IMG/VR virus record: IMGVR_UViG_3300027971_000061
Coordinates: 1 to 56,005 of that record
Source of the DNA: a virus
Taxonomy: Duplodnaviria; Caudoviricetes
Length of the DNA stretch: 56,005 nt
Direction: 5' to 3' (one strand)
Of this stretch, positions 17,581 to 28,001 are shown piece after piece. How positions within the stretch are numbered: position 1 is the stretch's first letter; every line of letters starts with the position of its first letter. The notes under the pieces were generated by a model. It saw nothing but the letters and a program-made list of their open reading frames with translations. It did not search any database and was not told where the DNA came from. Both the position numbers and the translations under genes were made by a program.

Positions 17581-17722
17581 CCCTTACCACAACGAAGCCG
17601 TGCCCATGCACAAGCGTATTGCCGCTGGCGAGAAGCTTGATGGCACGTCTTTGAAGCCCTCTGGCAACACAGCGCCAGCCAAAAAACAAGGAGGCGCACT
17701 ATCGCAAGCTAAGAAGAAATAA
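17567..17722 (+). CDS. Small basic protein (51 aa, not in the ORF track)
   Basis: AGGAG RBS; MATSNPYHNEAVPMHKRIAAG...KKQGGALSQAKKK; stop overlaps the next ATG. Confidence 0.7.
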   Translation: MATSNPYHNEAVPMHKRIAAGEKLDGTSLKPSGNTAPAKKQGGALSQAKKK

Positions 17723-17913
17723 TGATATTCAATTTGGGTGATCTGATCGGCGCAATTAAGGCGCGTCAAGCTAATATAGCTTCTTCCTTAGCGGCTGGAA
17801 ATGTCGCGTCATGGGAGACGTACCAACGCACGGTCGGCACAAACTTGGGATTGCAGGAAACCCTCGATCTCATTAACAAAATGTTAAAGGAAGATGAAGA
17901 AGATGAGCGATAA
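17722..17913 (+). CDS. Hypothetical head-module protein
   Basis: 63-aa ORF coupled to both neighbours. Confidence 0.75.
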   Translation: MIFNLGDLIGAIKARQANIASSLAAGNVASWETYQRTVGTNLGLQETLDLINKMLKEDEEDER

Positions 17914-18334
17914 CCCCGAAGTGTTGGAAAACGCTGAAGTGAAGTGGGCATTCCCCGCTGTGAATCCGGGTGCTAAGCCATTAGGTGGTCGAATTTTGGT
18001 GCAACTACGTCGCACACGACAGAAAACGACAGGCGCAGGGATTATCTTGGTTGAAGAGACCAAGGAGACCGAGAAATGGCAGAACATGGTGGCTAAAGTC
18101 ATCGATGTGGGCCCTCTCGCATTCAAAAACCGTGACACCATGCAAGGCTGGCCCGAGGGGTCATGGTGCGAAGTCGGCGATTACATTCGAGTCCCCAAAT
18201 GGGGCGGAGACAGGTGGGAAGTTAAGGTTGATGAGGATGATCGAGAAGATCCAGCCCTGTTCATGATCTTGAACGACCACGAAATTATTGCCAAAGTCAT
18301 CGGTGATCCCCTAGCAATGAAAGCATTTTTATGA
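17903..18334 (+). CDS. GroES-like co-chaperonin
   Basis: KPLGGRILV...TTGAGIIL...VIDVGP...VGDYI...ILNDHEIIAKV. Confidence 0.88.
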   Translation: MSDNPEVLENAEVKWAFPAVNPGAKPLGGRILVQLRRTRQKTTGAGIILVEETKETEKWQNMVAKVIDVGPLAFKNRDTMQGWPEGSWCEVGDYIRVPKWGGDRWEVKVDEDDREDPALFMILNDHEIIAKVIGDPLAMKAFL

Positions 18335-19278
18335 CCACAGAAAACGAACTTAAAAAGATTGTTGTTACTGAAGAGGCGGACGGTTCAGCCGTTATTGACC
18401 TACCTGACAGCATTGAATCCCCTGATGAGCAGGAAGACGACCGTGAAATGGCTTCTGGAGGGTCTACAGACGACGATATAGCTCCTGAAGACGAGACGGA
18501 GTACCAACGTGCCCGTCGTGAGAAAAGGCGCGCTAAGCGTGATCTAGCCAAGAAGACTGGCGTAGAGAAGGACATGAAACTCCAGCACTTGGAACGCAAG
18601 AACCAAGAGCTGATGGAGCGTTTGTCCGTGGTGGAGCGCAAGACGCACTCTGCTGACCTAGCTCGCATCGACAAAGCTATTGAAGACCAAGAGCTACGCC
18701 TCCAGTACGCCAAGATGAAGGTTGCTGAGGCGGCTACAGCGGCTGACGGTAACGCAATGACTGACGCTCAAGAGATGATGTACGAAGCTCGTCGTCAGAT
18801 TGAGTCCTTGTCGTCTCTTAAGAAGACCGCGGTTCAGCCTAGTCAGAATCAAGGAAATGTCCCAGATCCCCGTCTACAACGTCTGGCGGCTAACTGGATG
18901 GAAAGAAATGATTGGTACGACCCAAGCGGTCGAGATACCGATTCAAAGATTGCAAAGCAGATCGACGAAGCCTTGTCCGCGGAGGGTTGGAACCCAACTG
19001 ACGCAGATTATTGGAATGAACTCGATAATCGCTTGCATAAGTACTTGCCTCACAAGTACAATGACAGCACGGACGTACGTTCGTCTACTAAGAGACCAAG
19101 GAGTGTTGTAACAAGTTCTGGTCGCGAAAGCGTCAACGGAAGCACCAACAGGAATACATTTGTTCTGAAACCAGAGCAGGTGCGTGCCATGAAGGATGCA
19201 GGCTTTTGGGATGATCCCGATAAGCGCTCCAAGATGATTAAGCGATATGCGCAAGAAGCTCGAAACAACTCTTACTAA
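18331..19278 (+). CDS. Capsid scaffolding protein
   Basis: Acidic N-terminus, coiled coil and C-terminal helix pair; position between portal and capsid genes. Confidence 0.75.
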   Translation: MTTENELKKIVVTEEADGSAVIDLPDSIESPDEQEDDREMASGGSTDDDIAPEDETEYQRARREKRRAKRDLAKKTGVEKDMKLQHLERKNQELMERLSVVERKTHSADLARIDKAIEDQELRLQYAKMKVAEAATAADGNAMTDAQEMMYEARRQIESLSSLKKTAVQPSQNQGNVPDPRLQRLAANWMERNDWYDPSGRDTDSKIAKQIDEALSAEGWNPTDADYWNELDNRLHKYLPHKYNDSTDVRSSTKRPRSVVTSSGRESVNGSTNRNTFVLKPEQVRAMKDAGFWDDPDKRSKMIKRYAQEARNNSY

Positions 19279-19288
19279 GGAAACAAGT

Positions 19289-19837
19289 ATGACCGAATCA
19301 CGTTTGAAAAAATCTCTGAATGCAGGTGGACGCAATGATCGCGCAAGCGAGGACGCAAGTCGTGCCTCTCCAGAAACAAAGTTCGTAAGCTCACAGGAAC
19401 GTCGAAAGATGTGGAGTGATGAATGGAACCAATCAGCACTGCCAAAAGTCCCGCCCTTACCCGGTTGGCACCTAATTTGGCTTTCAACCACCAACGCATA
19501 CGACACCATTGATAAAAGGGTGCGACTTGGCTACATTCCCGTGAAAGCGGACGAAATGGCTGGGTTCGACAACTACAAAGTCAAGGCTGGCGAACACGTT
19601 GGGTACATATCATGCAACGAGATGTTGCTGTTCAAATTGCCCATGGAAGTCTACCAAGACGTTATGGCGCAACTGCATTTTGAAGCTCCCCAAGAAGAAG
19701 CGGACAAAGTTCGTATTCAGCTTGAGAATCTCCAAGGTCAGCGTGACAGTAGCGGAAAATCGCTGGTACGGCTGGAAGAAGGTATGGGCAGGCTTGACCA
19801 ATCTCAATCTAATCGTGCCCCCATTTTTGAGGGCTAA
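19289..19837 (+). CDS. Conserved head-module protein
   Basis: AAGGA RBS; PPLPGWHLIWL and GYIPV segments; upstream of the capsid genes. Confidence 0.8.
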   Translation: MTESRLKKSLNAGGRNDRASEDASRASPETKFVSSQERRKMWSDEWNQSALPKVPPLPGWHLIWLSTTNAYDTIDKRVRLGYIPVKADEMAGFDNYKVKAGEHVGYISCNEMLLFKLPMEVYQDVMAQLHFEAPQEEADKVRIQLENLQGQRDSSGKSLVRLEEGMGRLDQSQSNRAPIFEG

Positions 19838-19855
19838 CTTCTAAGGAGTAAGACT

Positions 19856-20425
19856 ATGTCTGCAACATCTGCTCCGTTTGGCTTTCGCCCTGTTTACCAT
19901 CCCACTGGGATGGATCGAGCAGTTGCGCTGGCTGGCGGTATTGCTAGTGGTTATTCCACTGGTATTCTCAAGAACCAACCCGTAGCTTTGGATACGAACG
20001 GAAACATCATCATTGCCACCGCAGGTAGCGCCTTTATTGGCGTATTTGCTGGTTGCGAATGGACTGATACTTCTGGTCGTAGACAAATTAACAACCAGTG
20101 GCCTGCTAACACAGCCTATCAAACTGGTTCATGCATTGCCTACTACTATCAAGAACAAACGATAGTGTATGAAGTGCAATCTAATGCAACTTTGGCTCAA
20201 ACATCTATTGGTGACCAAGCAAATATGGCTTCGGCTACAGCAGGTAGTACAACTACTGGCTTGTCAGCGGCTATGCTCGGAACCGTGGTGGGTGCATCAA
20301 GCCAAGGTGATTTCCGAATCATCGACCTCGCCCCCTATGCAGGAAATGCATGGGGAGACCCGTATGTGATAGTGCGCGTGCAAATCAGCCGCCACCAGTA
20401 CACAGCTAACATCGTCGCCATTTAA
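19856..20425 (+). CDS. Capsid decoration/cement protein (putative)
   Basis: APFGFRP N-terminus and GVFAGC motif; directly upstream of the major capsid gene. Confidence 0.65.
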   Translation: MSATSAPFGFRPVYHPTGMDRAVALAGGIASGYSTGILKNQPVALDTNGNIIIATAGSAFIGVFAGCEWTDTSGRRQINNQWPANTAYQTGSCIAYYYQEQTIVYEVQSNATLAQTSIGDQANMASATAGSTTTGLSAAMLGTVVGASSQGDFRIIDLAPYAGNAWGDPYVIVRVQISRHQYTANIVAI

Positions 20426-20437
20426 AGGAGTCCCATC

Positions 20438-21355
20438 ATGGCCGCACCAATGCGCAGTACGGACTTTAGAAGTATCGTTGAACCTATCCTTAACGAATGC
20501 TTCGATGGAGTCTATGATCAACGTGCCGATGAATGGTCTCGTGTTTTCACGGAACAAGAAGGCATTCCACGTAACTACCACGAAGAACCCGTCTTGTACG
20601 GTTTCGGCGCGGCACCTCAGTTGCCTGACGGCACACCAGTGTCGTACCAACAGGGTGGTGTTCTGTTCTTAAAACGCTATGTGTACTCTGTGTACGGCTT
20701 GGCATTTGCTTTGACCAAAGTTTTGGTTGAAGACGGTGACCACATCCGTATCGGTCAGGTGTACGCACGTCACTTGGCTCAGTCATTGATTGAGACTAAA
20801 GAGACATTGTCTGCTAACGTGCTGAACAACGCCTTCACAGGTGGCGCTACAGCAGGTGGCGACGGCGTTGCTTTGATCAGCACAGCTCACCCTATCGTCA
20901 GTGGTACATTCAGCAACCAATTGGCAACAGCCGCCAATCTGTCTCAGACATCTTTAGAACAGACGTTGATCCAGATTCGTCAAGCTGTGGACAACAATGG
21001 TAAGAAGATTCGCCTTGTGCCCCGCCAATTGGTGGTCGCCCCCGGTAACGTCTTCCAAGCTGAAGTTCTCCTGAAATCAGTGTTGCGTTCAGGTAATGCA
21101 AACAACGACATCAACCCTGTCAAGTCCATCGGTTTGTTGGATGAAGGCGCGGCTGTGTTGTCACGTTTGACCAACGCTTCAGCATTCTTTGTGCAAACCG
21201 ACGCTCCTGAAGGCATGAAGCTTTTGATGCGTCGCAAGCTTGAGAAGACTATGGAAGGCGATTTCGAGACTGACTCTATGCGCTATAAAGCGACAGAGCG
21301 TTACGATGTTGGCTTTACTGATCCTCGTGCCATGTTTGGCACTGCTGGCGTTTAA
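20438..21355 (+). CDS. Major capsid protein (Mu gpT-like HK97 fold)
   Basis: 305 aa with GGDGVALISTAHP, PRQLVVAP and RYKATERYDVGFTDPRAMFG; followed by a terminator. Confidence 0.9.
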   Translation: MAAPMRSTDFRSIVEPILNECFDGVYDQRADEWSRVFTEQEGIPRNYHEEPVLYGFGAAPQLPDGTPVSYQQGGVLFLKRYVYSVYGLAFALTKVLVEDGDHIRIGQVYARHLAQSLIETKETLSANVLNNAFTGGATAGGDGVALISTAHPIVSGTFSNQLATAANLSQTSLEQTLIQIRQAVDNNGKKIRLVPRQLVVAPGNVFQAEVLLKSVLRSGNANNDINPVKSIGLLDEGAAVLSRLTNASAFFVQTDAPEGMKLLMRRKLEKTMEGDFETDSMRYKATERYDVGFTDPRAMFGTAGV

Positions 21356-21362
21356 AGCAAGC

Positions 21363-21396
21363 AGGGGCTGGCATAAAACCCAGCCCCTTATTTTTT
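21363..21396 (+). terminator. Rho-independent terminator
   Basis: AGGGGCTGG-loop-CCAGCCCCT followed by TATTTTTT. Confidence 0.85.
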
Positions 21397-21428
21397 AATG
21401 TTTGGTCAAACTTTTCAAGGAGCAGACC

Positions 21429-22406
21429 ATGCCCCAATTTTCAGATGATCTTTTTCTAGGCTCCGCCATTACCTATCAAGGTGGTGATGCCTATCCTGCT
21501 GTTGCAACTTTTACTGGTTCAATTTCTACCACTACACTAACCGTCACCGCTATGCTGTCTGGTGATCCAATTACTGTTGGTATGTTTATTGACAGTTCAA
21601 CGTCACTCACCAATGGAACTTACATTACCGCTTTTGGTACAGGTTCTGGCGGTACAGGTACTTACACGGTCAGTGCCTCACAAACTGTAGCAAGCGCTAC
21701 GATCATTGGTTCTGGTAATGCTTTGTTGCAAAACCCATCCCCAATGAACGTCGGGGTTGGCCCTCTCGGTCGCCTATACGTTTGGGACGCTGTACCACAG
21801 GCAAAACTAACAACCAACATTGTTGCCGCTGTCATTACAACTGCCACCACGCTCACGCTTGCCGCAGGTGCTGGTGTTACATCCGCTACGCTTACAGGCG
21901 GTGTAACAGGCTTACAACTTGACTGCCCTCGTGCTGTGTCTACTACCACAGGTGCTGGTACTCCAACTTCTGTCAACATTACTGTTTCTGGTTACGACTA
22001 CTACGGTCAAGCCATGAGCGAAGTGATTGCGACAGGTACGGTGGCATCGACAACTGTCAGTGGTAAAAAAGCCTTCTATCAAATCTCTAGTGTCACTGCT
22101 TCTGGTGGAAGCGTCGTAACCGTTGCGGTAGGTACAACCGACATCTTGGGTGCACCATTGCGCATCACTGATCGAGGATACGTTACCCGCGCTGGTTGGG
22201 ACAATACTTTGGCTGAAGATGCTGGCACCCTGACTGTTGCCGCTACCGCTACAGCAACTACCACAACTGGAGATGTGCGCGGAACGTACACCCCTTCTTC
22301 GGCGGCAGACGGTATCAAGCGCCTTGTAATGGGAATAGCCCTGCCAGCAATTGCGGCAGGCCCGAATGCAACTCGTGTTGGCGCGCTTGGCGTCACACAA
22401 GCATAA
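21429..22406 (+). CDS. Thr/Gly/Ala-rich virion structural protein
   Basis: AAGGAG RBS; [13 protein letters not shown]...[13 protein letters not shown] beta-rich module. Confidence 0.75.
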   Translation: MPQFSDDLFLGSAITYQGGDAYPAVATFTGSISTTTLTVTAMLSGDPITVGMFIDSSTSLTNGTYITAFGTGSGGTGTYTVSASQTVASATIIGSGNALLQNPSPMNVGVGPLGRLYVWDAVPQAKLTTNIVAAVITTATTLTLAAGAGVTSATLTGGVTGLQLDCPRAVSTTTGAGTPTSVNITVSGYDYYGQAMSEVIATGTVASTTVSGKKAFYQISSVTASGGSVVTVAVGTTDILGAPLRITDRGYVTRAGWDNTLAEDAGTLTVAATATATTTTGDVRGTYTPSSAADGIKRLVMGIALPAIAAGPNATRVGALGVTQA

Positions 22407-22416
22407 GGAGAGCAAC

Positions 22417-23451
22417 ATGGGACAATTTAAACCAATGGTAAAGATGGAGACCACTGAGCCTTCAGTAATATTGAAGCTCAAAAAAGGTGGATCCGTTAAA
22501 AAAGCTATGGGCGGCATGATGGGTGCGCCCATGGATGCCACTATGGCTTCTTCAATGCCTGCACGCGGTGGCATGATGCCCGTTGCTCGTCCTAAGCGTC
22601 CTTCTATGGCGGCACGTCGTGCGGCTATGGCTGGCGCCACCATGAAGGAAGGCGGTATGTCAGACACTGCTCAGGACAAAGCCATGGTCAAGAAGGCTTT
22701 TAAACAGCACGATATGCAAGAGCATAAAGGCGGTAAAGGCACTGACTTGAAGCTTAATAAAGGCGGCAAGATGGCTACTGGTGGTGTTGTAAACGGTCAA
22801 GGTGGCTATGCCACTGGCGGCGTAGTCAATGGTAACGGTGGCGGTTACAAAGAAGGCGGTATGCCCATGAAAAACGGTAAACCCGCTTTTATTGGCGACG
22901 GCGAGGGCAAGATGAAAAAGGGCGGGAAAGCCATGGCTACTGGCGGTGTTGCATTGGGTAACGCTGGTGGTTACAAAAAAGGTGGTGCCTCAAAAAAGCA
23001 CTACGCGACGGGGGGAACTGTTAATTCAGGCAAACCCGTCGCGATGCCACAAGGCGATAAAAAGCCATCCGCTCCTGTCAGCACTAACCGTATATCTGGC
23101 ACCTTTAAAACAGGTGGCAGTGTAACGCCAGCCCAAAAGAAAGAGCAATCTGCCTACAAGGGTGAGAATGCTACTGCGATGAAGCAAGCGAAAGCCCAGA
23201 GCAACGAGAAGTATCAATCTGGCGGAGCGGCAACAACTGACCTGTCAAAAGGTGCTTACGACAAATCCATCGGCCCCTCTGAGAGTGATATGGACATGGC
23301 TAAAACCATCCGTAGCATCCCCAGCAAGCTGATGGAAGGTGCTAAGAGCCTGTTTACTAACAAGGATAAGCCTTCTGGCTCTGTTACTAAGACTGAAAAG
23401 TCCGTGACTGTTACCCCTGCTAGAAAACGTGGTGGTGCAGTAAATTGCTAA
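22417..23451 (+). CDS. Basic low-complexity internal head protein with tandem xxxGG motifs
   Basis: AAGGAG RBS; about 14 copies such as LKKGG, MATGG, YATGG, YKKGG, FKTGG. Confidence 0.8.
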   Translation: MGQFKPMVKMETTEPSVILKLKKGGSVKKAMGGMMGAPMDATMASSMPARGGMMPVARPKRPSMAARRAAMAGATMKEGGMSDTAQDKAMVKKAFKQHDMQEHKGGKGTDLKLNKGGKMATGGVVNGQGGYATGGVVNGNGGGYKEGGMPMKNGKPAFIGDGEGKMKKGGKAMATGGVALGNAGGYKKGGASKKHYATGGTVNSGKPVAMPQGDKKPSAPVSTNRISGTFKTGGSVTPAQKKEQSAYKGENATAMKQAKAQSNEKYQSGGAATTDLSKGAYDKSIGPSESDMDMAKTIRSIPSKLMEGAKSLFTNKDKPSGSVTKTEKSVTVTPARKRGGAVNC

Positions 23452-23455
23452 ACTT

Positions 23456-23481
23456 AAGTGGGGGCTTCGGCTCCCGCTTTT
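23456..23481 (+). terminator. Terminator-like hairpin with C(UUCG)G loop
   Basis: AAGTGGGGGC-TTCG-GCTCCCGCTT-TT. Confidence 0.75.
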
Positions 23482-23495
23482 AATTGGAGAGAAAT

Positions 23496-23900
23496 ATGGC
23501 TGATGCAGTTACGAGCCAAACGCTCATTGATGGTGAGCGCACGGTCATCATGAAATTTACAAACATCAGTGACGGCACTGGTGAGTCTGCTGTTACAAAA
23601 GTTAATGTGTCCTTGCTTACGGCAAGCGAATCAGGTAAAGCTTGTACTAGGGTAACGGTTACAAAGATTTATATTGCTAATCACGGCATGGAAGTCAGAA
23701 TGTATTGGGACGCCTCAACAGATGTGCCGTTCTTCCTCTCGTCGCCCGGTGCAACCCAGACGCTTGATATGACAGGCTTTGGCGGTATTACCAATAACGG
23801 CGGCACTGGTGTAAATGGCAACATTGTGTTTAGCACGGCTGATGCATCTTCTGGTGACACTTATTGGTGCATTCTTGAGATGGTTAAAGGTTATAGTTAA
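23496..23900 (+). CDS. Virion structural protein (hypothetical)
   Basis: GGAG RBS; 134-aa beta-rich ORF. Confidence 0.75.
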   Translation: MADAVTSQTLIDGERTVIMKFTNISDGTGESAVTKVNVSLLTASESGKACTRVTVTKIYIANHGMEVRMYWDASTDVPFFLSSPGATQTLDMTGFGGITNNGGTGVNGNIVFSTADASSGDTYWCILEMVKGYS

Positions 23901-23902
23901 TC

Positions 23903-24181
23903 ATGCCAAGCAAATCATCTTCCCAACACAATTTGATGGAAGCGGTCGCACATAACCCTGCGTTCGCCAAGAAGGTTGGTATTCCTCAAAAGGTTGGCAA
24001 AGAGTTTGCTAAGGCTGATGAAGCAAAAAAAATGAAAGGCGGCGGCTTGTATGAAAATATCAATGCAAAACGTAAAAGAATCTCTGAAGGCTCTGGGGAA
24101 AAGATGCGTCGAGTGGGTAGCAAAGGTGCGCCAACGGCTCAAGCCTTCAAGCAATCCGCCAGAACAGCCAAAGTAAAATGA
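23903..24181 (+). CDS. Small basic protein
   Basis: MPSKSSSQHNLM...MKGGGLYENINAKR; Lys/Arg-rich. Confidence 0.75.
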   Translation: MPSKSSSQHNLMEAVAHNPAFAKKVGIPQKVGKEFAKADEAKKMKGGGLYENINAKRKRISEGSGEKMRRVGSKGAPTAQAFKQSARTAKVK

Positions 24182-24429
24182 GCAAAAAGAACGTAAGTCT
24201 TGCAATCGGTCGCGGTGAGAAGCTCCCTGCCAAGCAAGGTGCTGGACTTACAGCCAAAGGTCGCGCTAAGTACAACCGCGAGACTGGTTCAAATTTAAAG
24301 GCTCCGCAACCCCAAGGGGGCTCCCGCAGAGATGCATTTTGCGCGAGAATGGCACCTGTAGCAGAAAAGAGTGAGAAGGGCAGTAGAGCGAGGGCTTCGA
24401 TGCAACGCTGGAACTGCCCTAACTGGTAG
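24178..24429 (+). CDS. Small basic conserved phage protein
   Basis: GLTAKGRAKYN...RRDAFCARM...RWNC. Confidence 0.75.
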   Translation: MSKKNVSLAIGRGEKLPAKQGAGLTAKGRAKYNRETGSNLKAPQPQGGSRRDAFCARMAPVAEKSEKGSRARASMQRWNCPNW

Positions 24430-24437
24430 GAAACACA

Positions 24438-25508
24438 ATGGCGTACTCGGATACATTCGGTCAGACAGTTAACGTCCAAACCTTGATCGATCATGGTGCG
24501 AGACGTGCAGGCAAATTAGCCGAAGAGTTGACCTCTGAGCAACTTGTGTCCGCTCGTCAGTCTTTAAGTTTTCTTCTTCAAAACCTGATCAACATTGGGA
24601 TCCAGTATTTTGCAATTGATAAGACCGTCATAGGCGTCTCTGCAAACAATTATGTGTACACCCTACCCGCAGGTGCAAACGACGCTCTAAACGTGCTCTA
24701 TCGCACCATGAGCCGCCCTAGCGCAAGCTACTCATCCTCCGCGGGTGGTACGGTTGGCAACGTGGGTGACAACGACGTAGACACGTTCTGCCAACAGACC
24801 AGCGCAAACGGCAACATTTCAGCCAATTTTGGAACAAACCAAGAGATTTATGCTGGCTCAATTGGTATCCTGCCGTACATAGCAGGGGGCGGAAGCGCAA
24901 CTTGGACGCTGACGCTTGAGTACTCAACAAACAATAGCACTTGGACGACTTTAGAAAGCCTTGGCGCTGTAGCGGTAACGGATAACCAGTGGATTTGGAC
25001 GGACATAAACCCGGGTCAAGCCGTCCAGTACTACCGCGTGCGCATCTCTGGTGGTTCAACGCTGGCTTTGCGCGAGTTTTACGTTGGAAACAACTCCACT
25101 GAGATCACCATGTCCCGCCTAAACCGCGACGACTACACAAACCTGCCAAACAAGAACTTTACGGCTAACCAGCCCTTCCAATTCTGGTTTGATCGTACGA
25201 TTCCTCTACCATCGCTGTACTTGTGGCCCGTCCCCAGTGACCCGTTTGTTCAAATCACCGTGTGGTACAGCCAACAGATCATGGACGTGGGTTCATTAAC
25301 AAACGAGCTGTACATCCCCACTCGTTGGTACGAGGCGACGCTGATGATGCTGTCGCACAGGATGGCTCTGGAGTTGCCCGGCGTCGATCTTCAGCGCATC
25401 CAGTACCTTGAAGGTCAAGCCGAGAAGTATCTGAATCAAGTTGAGCAAGAAGAGCGCGACAAGTCTCCTATCTACTTTGCCCCCAACATTTCGGTGTACA
25501 CAAGATAA
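24438..25508 (+). CDS. Head completion / head-tail adaptor-like protein with inserted beta-sandwich domain
   Basis: ARQSL, LYLWPVP and helical C-terminus typical of podovirus adaptors. Confidence 0.6.
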   Translation: MAYSDTFGQTVNVQTLIDHGARRAGKLAEELTSEQLVSARQSLSFLLQNLINIGIQYFAIDKTVIGVSANNYVYTLPAGANDALNVLYRTMSRPSASYSSSAGGTVGNVGDNDVDTFCQQTSANGNISANFGTNQEIYAGSIGILPYIAGGGSATWTLTLEYSTNNSTWTTLESLGAVAVTDNQWIWTDINPGQAVQYYRVRISGGSTLALREFYVGNNSTEITMSRLNRDDYTNLPNKNFTANQPFQFWFDRTIPLPSLYLWPVPSDPFVQITVWYSQQIMDVGSLTNELYIPTRWYEATLMMLSHRMALELPGVDLQRIQYLEGQAEKYLNQVEQEERDKSPIYFAPNISVYTR

Positions 25509-25855
25509 TGCCAACCTTTCTCGATACTCGTGGAAACGCTACTCTTTCTATTGCAATTTGCGATAGGTGCAGGATGAAGCGTGCCCATGACGAGATGAGA
25601 CCTGACCCAAACTTCCCCGGTCTCCAAGTTTGTGGGCAAAACTGTGCAGATGAAAAAGATCCCTATAGACTTCCAGCCCGAAAAACTGAGAGAATAACAA
25701 TAAGATTTCCGCGTCCTGACGTGAGCGTCGCCGCCAATGACAACAATATTGTGACTACTCAAAATGGTATCACTGGTGGAAGCTTTATTATTTCGACACA
25801 GGGTAATACTCAGACGCCTGCTAACAACGGTAACCTAGACCAACTGAGCCCATAA
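25508..25855 (+). CDS. Cys-motif virion-module protein
   Basis: ICDRC...LQVC..C...PRPD. Confidence 0.7.
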   Translation: MPTFLDTRGNATLSIAICDRCRMKRAHDEMRPDPNFPGLQVCGQNCADEKDPYRLPARKTERITIRFPRPDVSVAANDNNIVTTQNGITGGSFIISTQGNTQTPANNGNLDQLSP

Positions 25856-25856
25856 T

Positions 25857-27680
25857 ATGTCCGCACAAGTAACGATCACACAATTACCTGCCGCTGGTAC
25901 GATTACTGGTACAGAAGCTGTTCCTATCGTTCAGAATGGTCAGACCGTACAGACAACAACTGCCGCGCTTGCGGGATCTCCCGTTCAGACTCAGACGTTC
26001 ATTACAAAGAACCAAGAGCCAACCCTAGCCAACAGTCGTGCCTTGTCCAATGGGACGGGCATAGGGCTTGTTGATGGTGGTGCGCAGTCTACCCTTCAGA
26101 TTACCCTAAATGCCGCTTCTGGGAGCCTAGAAGCGGCTTCCAACGGCATGATTGCCAAGACCGCAAGCAACGCTGTTGTGGCAAGGACAATGACCTCGTC
26201 TACGGCTGGATTGTCTGTCACCAATGGGGACGGAGTTGCTGGTGCGCCAGCCTTTGCACTGACTGGGGTTGCTTTGGCTGTTGCTGGAGCAACGGGTACG
26301 GGTGCCTTGGCGCTGACCAGCCCAACTACGGTTTCGACTAGAACAATCCTTGGAACAGCAAATCAAATTGATGTTACGGATGGTAACTTTGTTAACTCGC
26401 CAGTTATTGCAATTGCAAGCAACCCGACGGTGCCCGGTTCGGGGGGCATAGTTCTACCCGCAGGAACTACTGGGCAACGAGGTGCATCCACCAACGGTAC
26501 TATTCGCTACAACACAACCATTGGCTTACTTGAGGGTTACATCAATGGCGCTTGGGCAACTCTTGCTTCTGGCGGCTCTGGTGTTACCTCCATAGCTACG
26601 GGAACAGGGCTGACGGGAGGCCCAATTACCTCCACAGGCACAATCTCTCTTGCTGATACGGCGGTAACGCCCGGCGCTTACACAAATGCAAATGTAACCG
26701 TTGACCAGCAGGGTCGAATTACTTTGGCTTCAAGCGGTGCGGCTGGGGGTGTAACAACATTTAGTGCAGGCACTACTGGGTTTACCCCTAGCACTGCAAC
26801 CGCCGGCGCAATCACCTTGGCGGGGACTTTAGCGCTTACCAACGGCGGCTCAGGTCAAACCACAGCTCAAGCGGCAATGAACGCTTTTGCGGGTGCGGTT
26901 ACAAGCGGATCGTACTTGCGAGGCAACGGGACAAATGTGGTGATGAACACCATACAAGTTGCCGACGTTCCTACGCTTAACCAAAACACAACTGGCACTG
27001 CGTCTAACGTCACGGGCACTGTGGCAATAGCAAACGGCGGTACTGGACAGACCACAGCGGCGGCGGCTATTACAGCCCTGACAGGTACGCAGACAAGCGC
27101 ATATTATTTACGCTCTAACGGTACAAACGCTACGCTGTCTGCTTTGTCTGCGGCTGACTTGACAGGCACGGTGGCTATCGCTTCTGGCGGTACAGGTCAG
27201 ACAACAGCTTCTGCGGCGTTCAATGCGCTGTCTCCTGTTACGACTACAGGTGATTTAATTATTGGTAACGGAACCAATAGTGCAACACGTTTGGCTATTG
27301 GCGCTAACGGATATTTGCTGACATCCAATGGAACAACGGCATCATGGGTTGCCGCGCCAGCAAGTGGTGTAACCACATTTAGCGCAGGAACTACGGGTCT
27401 GACGCCCTCAACCGCAACTTCTGGTGCGGTGACTCTGGCTGGAACTTTGGCAGTTGCCAATGGCGGCACAGGAGCAACAAACGCTACTGATGCAAGAACA
27501 AACCTAGTTGCCGCAAAGTCAGGTACCAACAGCGACATTACAGAGTTGTACGCGCTGAACGGAACGGCTTATGGCGTGGCGTATCAAAACGCTGGAAATC
27601 AACTGATAATGGGATCAGCATTAACATTTAACGGCTCAATGCTTTTTGTACCCGGTGGAATCTCAGGAGGAACTTTTTAA
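25857..27680 (+). CDS. Tail fibre-like protein
   Basis: ITQLP N-terminus, GTIRYN, NVTVDQQGRIT and repeated GTVAIANGGTG units; ends ISGGTF. Confidence 0.8.
   Translation: MSAQVTITQLPAAGTITGTEAVPIVQNGQTVQTTTAALAGSPVQTQTFITKNQEPTLANSRALSNGTGIGLVDGGAQSTLQITLNAASGSLEAASNGMIAKTASNAVVARTMTSSTAGLSVTNGDGVAGAPAFALTGVALAVAGATGTGALALTSPTTVSTRTILGTANQIDVTDGNFVNSPVIAIASNPTVPGSGGIVLPAGTTGQRGASTNGTIRYNTTIGLLEGYINGAWATLASGGSGVTSIATGTGLTGGPITSTGTISLADTAVTPGAYTNANVTVDQQGRITLASSGAAGGVTTFSAGTTGFTPSTATAGAITLAGTLALTNGGSGQTTAQAAMNAFAGAVTSGSYLRGNGTNVVMNTIQVADVPTLNQNTTGTASNVTGTVAIANGGTGQTTAAAAITALTGTQTSAYYLRSNGTNATLSALSAADLTGTVAIASGGTGQTTASAAFNALSPVTTTGDLIIGNGTNSATRLAIGANGYLLTSNGTTASWVAAPASGVTTFSAGTTGLTPSTATSGAVTLAGTLAVANGGTGATNATDARTNLVAAKSGTNSDITELYALNGTAYGVAYQNAGNQLIMGSALTFNGSMLFVPGGISGGTF
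26748..27480 (+). repeat. Internal repeats of the tail fibre
   Basis: GVTTFSAGTTG(F/L)TPSTAT.GA.TLAGTLA occurs at ~26748 and ~27366; (G)TVAIA.GGTGQTTA units lie between them. Confidence 0.75.
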
Positions 27681-27992
27681 ATGGCACAAGCAACTTACAC
27701 ACCTATCTCGCTGTATCACAGCACTACGGCGACTACAGTCCCAACCTCTGGCAACTTGGTCAGCGGTGAGCTTGCGTTGAATATAGCAAATGCGGACATG
27801 AGCGTTTATACAAAGAACGCTTCAGGCACTGTAAAACTGTTGATGAACAACCCTGCCGCATTAAAATATCCAACAGCGGACGGTTCAGCAAATCAAGCGG
27901 TGATAACAAACGGTTCTGGTGTTCTGTCGTTTGGATCAGCAGGCGTTTCAACAGGCAAAGCAATCGCAATGGCGATGATCTTCGGTTTCTAA
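27681..27992 (+). CDS. Tail-associated protein
   Basis: LVSGELALN and GKAIAMAMIFG motifs seen in phage fibre proteins. Confidence 0.7.
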   Translation: MAQATYTPISLYHSTTATTVPTSGNLVSGELALNIANADMSVYTKNASGTVKLLMNNPAALKYPTADGSANQAVITNGSGVLSFGSAGVSTGKAIAMAMIFGF

Positions 27993-28001
27993 GGACTAAT
28001 C

